DNA of 64,000 nt, from positions 11,098,001 to 11,162,000 of the forward strand of contig CM022666.1 in NCBI GenBank assembly GCA_012295275.1, written 5' to 3'. Shown piece by piece: positions 14,180 to 26,110 of this stretch; position 1 is the first letter of the stretch; each line of letters begins with the position of its first letter. Made by a program: the position numbers and the translations under genes. The notes beneath the pieces were generated by a model. The model was not told where the DNA came from. It saw only the letters and a list, made by a program, of their open reading frames with translations, and did no database searches. The DNA is from Chrysomallon squamiferum. Lineage: Eukaryota; Animalia; Mollusca.

Positions 14180-14570
14180 CAGTATATTCAGTACTAAATG
14201 AACTATACCTGTACAAAGATATTCAGTTTTATGATGATATCAGTACTCGGTGCCCATAAACTACCTATGCAGTTAATTACAGTTTTTAAAATAAATGGTA
14301 TATTCAGTTAAAAAACAAAACAAAAAAAAACATTTGCAAAGGTAAACAGTTTTTTAACAATGAAATTTGTGTATTCAGTAAACAAACAATCTACACAAAG
14401 GTAAACAATTTTAATGATGAATGCCAGTTAACTATGCAGAGGTAACTATAGTTTTTTAACAGTGAAATTAGTGTATTCAGTACCCAGTAAATTACATATA
14501 CAAAGGTAATCAGTATTCTTAATGATGCAAAAGTATATTCATTATTCCAGTACAAAGGTAAACACAGCTT
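14180..14570. repeat. Degenerate tandem repeat, unit about 55-60 bp
   Basis: Recurrent tattcagt...caaaggtaaacagttttt..aatga units. Boundaries are approximate. Confidence 0.7.
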
Positions 14571-14587
14571 TGACTATGAAATCTTAC

Positions 14588-14727
14588 CAGTATGTTCTAA
14601 GTCCTGAGAATGCGGATGATAAATATCCATCATGAAATTTCCTGTCAGGTGCTCGGATCTGCGGATAGGCAATTCTGAAGTCGGAAGGACTGGCCATAGC
14701 TGTGTATTTGGCCACTGCCGTACACAT
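14588..14727 (-). CDS. TSC22D: Alternative first coding exon of the TSC22 gene (MCTAVAKYTAMASPSDFRIAYPQIRAPDRKFHDGYLSSAFSGLRTY), phase 2
   Basis: In-frame ATGs at 14727 and 14697 (the latter gctATGg), upstream in-frame stop, and TG|GTAAGA donor in phase 2. It sits in a GC/CpG-rich island with a CT-rich leader. This frame is not the one given in the ORF track. Confidence 0.72.
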
Positions 14728-16761
14728 TGAACTGGCTGCAGGAACTTCCAAAACACTTCTTCAGATGTGTGAGACAGCAGTGCTGACAGCCTGTGTGTGT
14801 GTGTGCCAAGCAGCAGAGCCCAGTATTGGCAGTGAACAAAGAGGAATGGAATAAAACAGCAGAGAGAGAGAGAAAGAACGAGGAGGAGACAGATAGTCTC
14901 TGATGTGTTCACTGAATAAACAGGCTGGTGTGTTGTGAGAACACTACACAGAACAACAGACAGAACGGTAGCAAAGAGACCAGGTAGTGGTTGTCCACTG
15001 ACACAGTTAACATTCACAGCAGTTAATGTGCATTATCATGATAGCTAGCACAGATAACAGCTTCTCAATACCAGCCAATCAACTCCACATATGTTAATGA
15101 GGCTCATGAATATTTAATTGACATTTCGTTTTGTTGCATTCAACCAAGGAAAAAATAATAATAATACAAACTACAAAGAAATTGGTGGTGTATTCACCAC
15201 AGTAACAAGCAATACACACAGGCAATGCCAGCACAAAAGACTTTTCAGAATTTTGAGTGTTTGTAGCTTTTTACAGCACATGCCGATATTATCCCACTTC
15301 TATAAATTTATATAACGGTAACTGCTATAATAAACCGTCCCAGAGGGTTAAAAATAAGTGTGTTTTTGTAAATTGTGATTTAATCTCAGAAATGTATTGA
15401 GCTTGTTGTAAAATGAACAAAGAAATGATACTGGATAACTGTAAATCTGCTTAGTCACAAGCGTGCTAGTAAACAAATCAAATAGTTGTCAGTGTTACAA
15501 CAAGACAGCTAGCAACTCCTTTCAACTAATATTAGACTTATAAATATGCCTCAAAAATACATTCACTGTCATCCAGAATAAAAATATTCACAGACATGGA
15601 CATATTATGATAGAGAATCATAGGGTTAGCAAAGAAATAATAATAAAAATATCAAATCTAATTTGTTTTATAAGATTTAATAACCAAAGTGAAAAATATT
15701 TAATATCCCACACTGTTATTTAAATACTGCAATGAGACCTGCTCTAGAAAAGTTACAAGGTTTAATAACCTAAGTGAAATACACTGAGGACATTTGCACT
15801 TACAATGAAATTGTGATGTAACATTTCATATATTCGATATTAAATACTGCACATGTTGGTAACTCACAAAATTGTTAATTACTATTTCAGGTTTCTGTTT
15901 AGAAAATTTCAAAGCTTTATTGATTACAAGAAATTTTTATTTAACTCCAGATCACCTATATATAGAACAATTTTGGAAACAAATAATGCAAAGCAATCCT
16001 ACAGACAAATTATAAAAAATAATAGCAAACACCTTCAAAAAATTTATAGACACAATGATGATTAATAATAATGGAATTTTTAATTTTTTTTTATTTTTTT
16101 TATTTTTTTTTAACTAAAAGCTACAAAATTTCTTTCATTGGTATTTCTTGGTAAAGCAGATTTGAGAAGACTATTAAAATTTATTAAACAAAAACTGTTA
16201 GTACTGAGTGCACACATTCCTAATAATTATAAAGAAAATATCATGTGTTTTAAAATAAAATGTGAGAAATGAGAAAAAAAGAAAAACAACTGTGTATCTA
16301 TTTACCCAACTCTCTCAAATAGGCTTTCTTTTAATGTTACCCAGATGTGATCAGAAAGGTCGTGTAAGCACAATCTGGCAAAAACCGTATCAGAGATATT
16401 TTCAATTTAATTTATAGATTTATTTATTAGATACATGGATGAAGTAATAAATCTTTTTACCAACAGTTTGTAATTAACAGGCAGTTTAAATTACACCTTT
16501 CTTTTTATGCATGTTTGTTTTTAATTTTTCACATTATTATTGCCTGTTTTATAATATATAAAACATTCTACTTATTTTTTTTTTTTTTTTAAATTATTAT
16601 TATTATTTTTTATTAATTTCTTGTCCATTTGTTTCAGTTACTTTAAACAGACAAAAAAAACAGAAATATTTTCAAGTTAATTATCTACACTGCAAGCAGG
16701 CTCCTCCCAGTTCCCAAAATAGACTAGCAACATTTTTGTTTAGGTGTGGTCATGTTCACAC

Positions 16762-16787
16762 TGACTCATGTGACTTGATGTAAACAA
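16762..16787. promoter_or_regulatory. Compact motif cluster: AP-1 (TGACTCA), E-box (TCATGTGAC), Forkhead (GTAAACAA)
   Basis: Sequence ctgactcatgtgacttgatgtaaacaac in a GC-richer patch. Confidence 0.35.
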
Positions 16788-18403
16788 CATGCACACATCA
16801 TGCCTTCAGCCCACACTGTCACACACTGGCATCAGCAGCATCACAGACACCAGAAGAAAAGTCTCTTATTAATGATTTTCCTAACTGACCAACATGTCTG
16901 TTGGTCAATGAGAGGTCATTATTGATCGAAGAACTGGGCACCTGATGTGAGGTGACTGTCACAATTTACTCAAGTTAGTTATTAAAGGTGGCCTGGTTTC
17001 TGAGGTCAGAACAGGACACTGTATTAGTTTATGTTATTGTTACCTAATACAGTGGTAAATAAAACTAATATCAAGCAGCCATGCATAAATAAAAATATGT
17101 ATAGAGAAAGCTAATACTTAATGGGCATTTAGACATGTAAATATGTTTGGTATTTTATACATTTGAATATAATAAATGAAAAGATGTGTTCAGAGAAAGA
17201 ATACTTAACTGGCATTCATACACATAAATATAACTGGGCTAATACATTTGAAATCACATACATTTGAGAAAAATAAATAAAATTATGTGAACAGACAAGG
17301 ATAATGCTTAACACAATAACAGGCAAACAAATAAATGTGTTCAGAGAAAATAAAATGATATAATTCTGTTAAACTTTTCTTTCAGTATAAACAATGTGAA
17401 GAATACACACTTGTATTTAAATAAAACTAATATAAAGAAAATAAATAATAATAGGAAGAATTTCTATTAAGCATTATATGCTTCTTCATAAACAGTATAT
17501 GCAACATACTCATTGGTTCATTAAACTGACATTATAAAGGAAATGTGTAAATAGAATTTCATTTAAGCTGTATCTGCCAGAAACAACAATATACAATGGT
17601 AGGTAAATAATGTAGGTAAATCATGAGAAAAGTAAATTAAAAAAAATGAATGAAAATGGAATATCCATTTGTGCATTTTAATTAAATATTGATGGTTAAT
17701 AAACACTTAAGTAAATACACTCACTGGTGAAATTATTAAATTAAACAAATATATACAAGCAATTATAATATATAAAAAAAATTAATAATAACAAAGTAAA
17801 TATAAATTTTATGTTGATTCAGACTTATTGAATTTAAAATATGTTTTTAATACTTTAATAAGCATTCATGCATAACAAATGAACTATTTTAGTTAAATAA
17901 TTTGATTAGATCCAATAAGTGTAAATACATGCAGGTTTACCACTTCAGTTACACCAGCCCATCAAATCAGTCTCGTTAAAATACCTTTTCTTGCTGCTTT
18001 ACTTAAACTGTTTTTAATACCACACCTCTTGAAGATGTCAGATTAAAATGCTATAGCAAATGTACTTTTTCATAAAGAAAACCTCCTTTAGTTAAATCAG
18101 TTTTGTATTTAACATAACCTCATGAAAAAGTCACCTCAAACTGATTCATTTTAAACTTAGCTTCAGAATTTATAAGAATGTTCAGAAACTGAATTAGTGA
18201 AAGCTTTTAGAGATACTATCTCTTAAATCACTTCATATCTCTCCAGTACACAGACATTTAAACTGTTGTAGTTCTACACTAAATTTGTTTTAAGGTTTTA
18301 ATGTGAACTTTGTGTAAAGAATACCATAAGTACAGAAATATTTTCTTATTCCCAATTTATTATTTTAAAATCATTTCATTTGATTTAAATTTTGTATGTT
18401 TGT

Positions 18404-18444
<41 letters not shown>

Positions 18445-18485
18445 GGGATAGAGAGAAAAAAAATATACATAATTTAAAAATCTAT

Positions 18486-18528
<43 letters not shown>

Positions 18529-18781
18529 AAAAATATTATTTTACAATGTAAAAACCTTTAGAATATTATTTTAAAATATTTATATACATATGCACCAAAG
18601 ACCTTCTGGCTCTAATCCCTGAATTTAATTTTGGACGAAAACTTTCCTTTATCTATTATCAGGGTTAAATGTAACTGGGGTGCAACTAAAAATATCTTCA
18701 TTTATTTTGTACATCTTGCAGAACAATCAAAAACCTGACATTGTGTCATACATTATAATCTCTTCTTGTCAACATTCTGAG

Positions 18782-18809
18782 AGGTCATGACCTCACCAGG
18801 TCAAGGTAA
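18782..18809. promoter_or_regulatory. Nuclear receptor half-site cluster with a perfect IR0 palindrome AGGTCATGACCT
   Basis: AGGTCA TGACCT cacc AGGTCA AGGTAA: three exact and one near-exact half-site in 28 bp. Confidence 0.55.
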
Positions 18810-21115
18810 CCTTTTTTGTATTTTACTGATGTTGTTAATCCACAATAACTAACATAGATATGGTAATAGCTTGTATTGTTATTTACCTTTTATTAAACAA
18901 TTACAAATCTCACATTAACTTACGTGTACAAGGTAATGGCTTATATTTTCATTTACCTTTTATTGTCATTTATCTTCTCTAAATACAAATCCTGTTAACA
19001 TGTTTCATGTGACAGATGCTCTCTTTATTATGCCATCAGTCAAACAGCAAAATTATATATGCATTTCTTTTCTTCTCCGTCCTCAAATGTCCCAATAACC
19101 CACTAACAAACTTAAAATAACAAATATTTATTCTTCGCCAGCCAGTCCAACCGAAAAGCAAAAACAAAATATAAATAAATTAAATAATGACATTAATAAA
19201 TTAATTGTAGGTTGATATGTGCCTTAAGAGAACTAACACTTAAACCTGGAATGTCAGGGGAAAAAGAAAAAATCCACTGAATAAATATTTATCATGTGTC
19301 ATCAGTTTGTATTTCAATTTAAAATAAAGGTATAGAACAATTTATCTTATAGCCATAAAGAATGTAAAATTTAAAAGGCAAATATTTTTTAAATTCTTAA
19401 TATCTTTGATAACTGAAAAAAAAGACAGATTTTGTTTGTCTGTGTTTTTGGAGGTGAATTTTTTTTAAATTTATTTTTGGTATGAGAGAGGGATTTATCT
19501 TATCTTTATATAACAAATATCAGCAACCTGTAGATTAACTTAACTACTATAATGTTTATATTATGTGTAACCAATGCATTTATTCAATTTCTGTAATCAT
19601 AAAATTCTTTATGTAACTTAGTTCCCATTACTTCACAAGAAATTAATATTAACACACATACACACATATATACCATGTATCCAGTACAATAAAATAGAGA
19701 AAAATTAAAACAAATAAATGGATATTCCATTAATCAAACATTATTTTCTTTCATGTTTTTATAAAGTTAATTATTGATACACAGCAACAATTTATGACCA
19801 CATTAACCTAATTATTTCTCAAACCATCTCAACATTAATGGAATAAAAAAGATAATACGCCTTTCCCTACAGACATAATGAGTTTACACAAAATCAAAAG
19901 TTGCATATCATATAAACATTTTAACTAATTAACTTCTTTCCCTTGAGGTGTATATTATCTGCTAGCTATGCAGGCCTCATCAACAAAGTATTTCCTGGTT
20001 AATTAACTGGATTTGATTTGGTGTACATTTTATACAACAAAGACTTTCTTCTCTATAAATCAGGCTGTTTGGTTTAATATTAAGTTATGGATTTAGACAT
20101 AATGTTAAATATATTTAAATAATAAAGATAAGGATAAAAATAAAACAGACTAATATATTGTATGAAACTATGCACTCAGTCTTTTAGAAATATTTCAAGC
20201 AAACAGAATTTCAAATAGAAAATGTAAATTTTACTTTAATTAAAAAAAGAGGAAAAAAAAAAAAAAAAAAAAGGTGAAACATAACTTTTTAAACAATGGC
20301 ATCCATATTAAAAAAAACTATAAGATTAGTTTTACTATATGAATTATATGACTGGAAAAATGTTCACTGAACAGCATAAACACTGCAAATTTAGATATAT
20401 ATAAAAATAATTTGGCCCAGTATTATCAAAAATTTAATAACTTAAACATAACTGCAATTACAGTTAGAGAAAATGGTGGCCATTACTAAAACAGTTATAT
20501 TTTCACTGATACTGAGCACATCTTATGCTTGTATTTCTTTATCTGCTCACAGCATTTTAAGTACTGATCAACTCAGATGTAAAATCTTGATATACAATCA
20601 AGAATGGTAACTCAGTCTGTTAATACATTTTTTCAATATAAACACAAGTGGCTCAGTCTTTTGAGTATAACTGCAGAAAAGTAATAATCACATTAATGCA
20701 CAACACAAACTTTTATCGTTTCTTTTACTCTTGCCTAGAATTCAATACATAAATCTAATATTTAGATACATCGGTACACCTCAAATACTAAGCAAACCTC
20801 TGGAGAGATCCATATATAATGGGCATGCAGTATGGCACAAATGACAGTGCTTCAAATAAGAACTGTACCTAGATTTTGTCAACTTGAATACTAACAGATT
20901 CAAATTTATCTGCCAACTTGTCACTAAATTATATTACACTATTAACATTAATCATTAATTTGAATATTTGTGCCCCAAAGTAGGAATTTAAATGCATATT
21001 AAATTTAAAACATTTCTAGCTTTATCTAACAACAATCATTTTAATAGAATTTCAAACCTCTCATTCACATAACAAAAAGTATATTTTCTCTGTATTTAAT
21101 AATTAATTATTACTA

Positions 21116-21147
<32 letters not shown>

Positions 21148-24100
21148 GAAGAAGAAGAACAAGAAGAAGAACAAGAAGAACAAGAAGAAGAAATAAAGTT
21201 AGGCTTATATGGTAACAAAAATGTAATGGAAAAAGAATGAGTACAAAAACTCAAATAAGACTGAGTTGACAGAATTTCCATTTATTCTCAATTTCATCAT
21301 TTTTGTAAAAGAATTTTTAGTTATTTTCTCTATTCACAAATGTTTCGTTATTTTCCACAAAAACTGGTTTTGGCTTGTTCCGGTCAGATATTTACATATG
21401 TTTATTCTACTTTGTCCTAGTAGATAAATTTAAGTATCGGATAACCGTCCGAGTTGAAATTCGGTCAAGTTTTGAAAAAACTGTGTCAAACATGACACAG
21501 GCCACACCCACAGGTGATTATATAGGCCTGGTAGATAACTCACATCTGAGCCCCCAATTTACACTCATGAATAGTATCATGCTTACAATGGACACATTTA
21601 TCAGAGCTTCTTGAACCTGTTTTAATGTTATATAGTATTAATAGTTTTCATCATATTTTAGTATTAGTTATTTTAAGATATTAGTATCCCTTCCTGAAAG
21701 TCTTTTTTCATTATGTTTTAGTGCTACAGTTACTTAAAAACACCAGTAACTCTTATTAATAGTTTTTCAGCATATTTTAATATTAAGTTATTTTTAAATA
21801 CCAGTACTCCTTATTAACAGTTTTCTACCAAACATGTTCAAATGTTACACAATACATGTTAATATTAAGTTACTTTAAGTAATCCCTCTTGTACAAAATA
21901 CAGTTTAATGATCAGATATGTAACTGTTACATTACTGCACTAAGTGGATACATGTGGTGACTGAAACATTGTCTTAATATTCCTTATTAAAAAAAACATT
22001 AATTTTCTACTTGCTCATCTTAGACCTAGACAGAAACACACAATCTAACAGACAAACAGAAACCCACACACATACAATATAGCAGATATGGAAAACAGTG
22101 ATTCTTGAGACACACATGGCTTTTTAACATTTAATGTGCTTCTTTTCTCTGTCTGTCCTGCATTAAGTATGTTTGGCCACATCTAATATAGTCTTTTATT
22201 AACATTACATCCAACCATCTGGATAAATATACAATATTTAGACTACATTCAGGTTTTTTTGTTTCACATTATGGTTATGCTTTGCACTTATGACAGACAT
22301 ACTTTACTGCAACATATTTATGGCATTATTTTAATCTGATAATATCCTTCATGTGTAAATACTATATTCTGTAAACAAGAGTGTGTAAGCAAACACATAC
22401 ACACAGAGAAATTTGATTCATGGCAAAAACACTATTTTTAAAAAAATTCTGTTTATATCATATTCAGCTGCAAGCAGTATAAATATACAATAATACACAA
22501 TGATATTCATTGATATAATTCATCTATATCCATCATTTCATTTTTATGTACCATTCATGAATACTATTCTAAATATAGTATAGGTGATTAGAAACTCATC
22601 AATTATGTGCTTACTTACTTCAAATGATCTCATTGAGTGAATTTACTGAACATAATACTTTATATTAAAAAAATATATATATGCATGCATAAATGCACAC
22701 ACATGCACACTCATATACAACATTTTGTTTTCAAAATATACATGGTTGTGTCAAACCAAGAGGGGTTTCAATATACTGAGAAAAATTCCACCTTATCACT
22801 TTATGGAATCAGATTACGTTTACAGAAAAGCAGAAAATATCTTTAATGAATACCTTCCCAAAGAGATGATAGCACATACAATGACTTTTGTTAAAAAAAT
22901 TCACTGGGACTGGTTGCAACAGGAAATGTGTACACAAGAAGGATTATTTCTGAATTTGTAAAAATTCTTGGGATTACTTCAAATTTAGCCCAAGCATATT
23001 CCAATTTACATCTGAAAATCAAAATTACATGCTCACATTTCACATTAGAAATTTAATAGAAATATGTCTGGTATTACTGAACAAATAAATTCTACAGCAA
23101 TTTTAGCTGTGACACTTGTAATGGATTGAATTAATGACCATTCTTATACAAAATGTTAATTACAAAAATATTAATTTTACAGCACCAACTATTATTATTT
23201 TAAAAGATTTTCTGAGATGGATCTTTTATTTGTTTGTTCTCATAGACGGAACAGCACATTAACAGAACAGGCAACAGAAACTAAGTACATCCGACTATGT
23301 TCTACCTTCCTGTCCCAAATGATAACCATATTATAATACAGTAACCATGGCAATACATAATAGATGAAATAAATGCTAAGAAAATCTTTTAGAATGAAAA
23401 TATTTTCAAAAAGGATTTTGTATGTTAAAGTACACATATCTGGATATATATTAAATAAGCAAACATTCAGAAACCAGAGAAACAATTATAATCTCACAAA
23501 ATATTCTGACTCAAGCACACACACACAACTGCTAAAACAGATGATAACGCCACAATTTAGACATGTTTACATTTATGTACATGCCTTTTGTAAAAACAAG
23601 AAATTAACATGTACAAGTTAATATTAAACATTTAAAGACATTCAAAAAGGTAATTTGAGAAAATATTTCAAGGCTGTAGCATTGTTTTTTTGTTATTTTA
23701 TTTTATTTTTTTTGTATTTTGAAAAGGACACTGCTAAATTAGCTGACAAGAGACCTTGACCTTTGTGACTACTCCCTGCTTCCTGTCACATCACACACTA
23801 AATTCCTGTGCAAACTACAACACCACCTCCTAGCTCCACACAACAACACAAATTATAAATGTTATATGGTGGGTTAAATAAACACACAGGATTATATACA
23901 CATAAATAAACCTGAAACAGACTGAAAGCTCTGTTTTAGTGAGGGATACTGAACAAACTCAAATAGTTCAAGATGTATATACCAGGAAGGGTTATCAGGC
24001 AAACCTAGATTCTGGGATTTATGAAATCAAAAATAAATGAATAAATAAAACAATTTAAAAAACACTGATAAAAATAAATACAGTCTACTGAGTCTTTTGT

Positions 24101-25183
24101 TGAGAAGATGGGTAGATACTTTGAAAGGCGTGGAGATTAAAAAAAAATAATAATAAAATACAAATTTGGTATTTACAATTTGTGGAGATTCCAGGTCAAG
24201 TCAACCATGTCATGGGTTTGCATAAAAATGACATTCATACTCAGCAAGTAAAATATCTGTGATACAAACTCACAAAACACACAACAAACAAACACACACA
24301 CACACAGCCATATTCCCACAAACAAAAATACATACTGACAGACAGTTCACATACATACTGACAAACAGCAAATATCACAAAAATCTGCATTCATACAACA
24401 TGCCCAACAGAAACAAAACATATAACACAAATATTATTACAAGATACAACAGTATATGAAATATTAACCACCAAATGTTCTAGTAATCCAGAGTAATAAA
24501 AATAATAATACCATGTAACTAACTGCACAGAACTATACCAGTACATACATATTTACATTAAATATACTAGTATTAATTAAATAGTTATTACACATCATGA
24601 AAGAAAAACATACTAGTTCATGCCTATATACAAATAATTACAAATGTTAAAAGAGACAAACACTTCTACTAATAAAGATATTAATAGCAATATAAAATAT
24701 TTTACTGATGACCATATATAAATATTAACTATACCTTTCAAATAAACACAATATATACAATTAATTAAAACTTTCTTAACTATAGGAAAATTACTTACAT
24801 ACATATTTATGTATAAAATTTTGTATTAATGTCTTTAAATCTTAGTAATAATCAACTATTAATAAAACTGTTTTTACTAATAACCACACAGACCCACAAC
24901 TTCAACCCTTAAATATATTAATAATTATGTTGTTACCACTAATCAAAGAAAAAATACTATTTGTACACTTCTGTGTTCACAATGCACACAGACATACATA
25001 CACTCACACTAACGTATTGCCTACTACTACTGTACTAAGTATAATCATATATAAGAATTAGTTCTACCTTTAAATATGTTATTTTTAATTAACCTGTTCA
25101 CATTAATAACTAGAGAAAAATATGACCTGTACAATATTGAATATAAAATAATAATAATAAACTACTAATTAAACAGTTCTTAC

Positions 25184-25227
25184 CGATAACCATAGCGATA
25201 GCGTGGCAGTAACACGACTCTGCTCAT
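25184..25227 (-). CDS. TSC22D: Alternative first coding exon of the TSC22 gene (MSRVVLLPRYRYGY), phase 2
   Basis: aatATG at 25227, 14 codons + CG|GTAAGA donor, in frame with the 3128 exon. It lies at the edge of a CpG-containing GC-richer island (about 25184-25590) that ends abruptly at the donor. Confidence 0.68.
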
Positions 25228-25629
25228 ATTGAAGTAAGATGCTATGAAGTGGCTGTCTCTGTTTTGGACACTTCTCTTACAGGTGTGTCCAGTCAAACTT
25301 CACCAGCCGATTCACACACGCACAGAGCAAGTGACCGGGTAACTGACCAAGCCTCTCTTAGGTGGACAGTTGTGACCGGTCCAGTGGACACAGATTTGGC
25401 CATAAAACCAGTTTACTCTGGTTTGAGATAAGTAAACATAATGTAGACAGTATCTAATGAGAAGCATGACCCAGTTAGGAACTATTTGACAAAAACTGGC
25501 ACACAGTGATGAGCTGGTGTGGAGTGAGAGGTGCACGGGGTCCTGTATGTTGTGTTTTTCTAACCAGCCATTGTTGTCAGAGGCCACCCTATTTTGTTAA
25601 TGAGCAATGCATAATCTTTGTTTATACTG

Positions 25630-26110
25630 TAACAGAATTTAAATTTCTAATTTTCCAGTTGCTATTATTATATCTGAGATAGTTGAAAATATATTAAATA
25701 AAATAAGCACAGATTAATATTAAGATTATTAATATGCTGTTATCATATTTGAGACAGTTTAAAAAGTTAAATTTCTGAATTATGTACTGCTGGTATTGTA
25801 TTTGATTACTGTGTTTAAACAAAGATGAAATTTCTGATTTTCCTACTGCTGTTATGTTTTAATAATATAAACAAGAGATCAAATTTCTAATTTTCCTACT
25901 GCTGTTATGTTTAAATAAAATAAGCACAGATCCAATTTCTTATTTTCCTATTGCTGTTATTATATTTTAAATAAAATAAGCAGAGATTAAATACATAATT
26001 TTCTTACTGCTATGATTACATTTTTAATAATATAAGCACAGATCAAATTTCTAATTTTCCTACTACTGTTATTAAATTTTAAATAAAATAAACAGAGATT
26101 AAAACACTTA
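25630..26110. repeat. Tandem minisatellite, unit about 52-56 bp, about 8 copies
   Basis: Repeated aaatttctaattttcctactgctgttat...aaataaaataagcacagat units. Confidence 0.85.

Noticed and set aside
14574-15017. 147-aa ORF ending MMDIYHPHSQDLEHT as the TSC22 short N-terminus
   Set aside because: It meets the 14588 donor in phase 1, out of frame with the TSC-box exon. The phase-2 frame is the compatible one.
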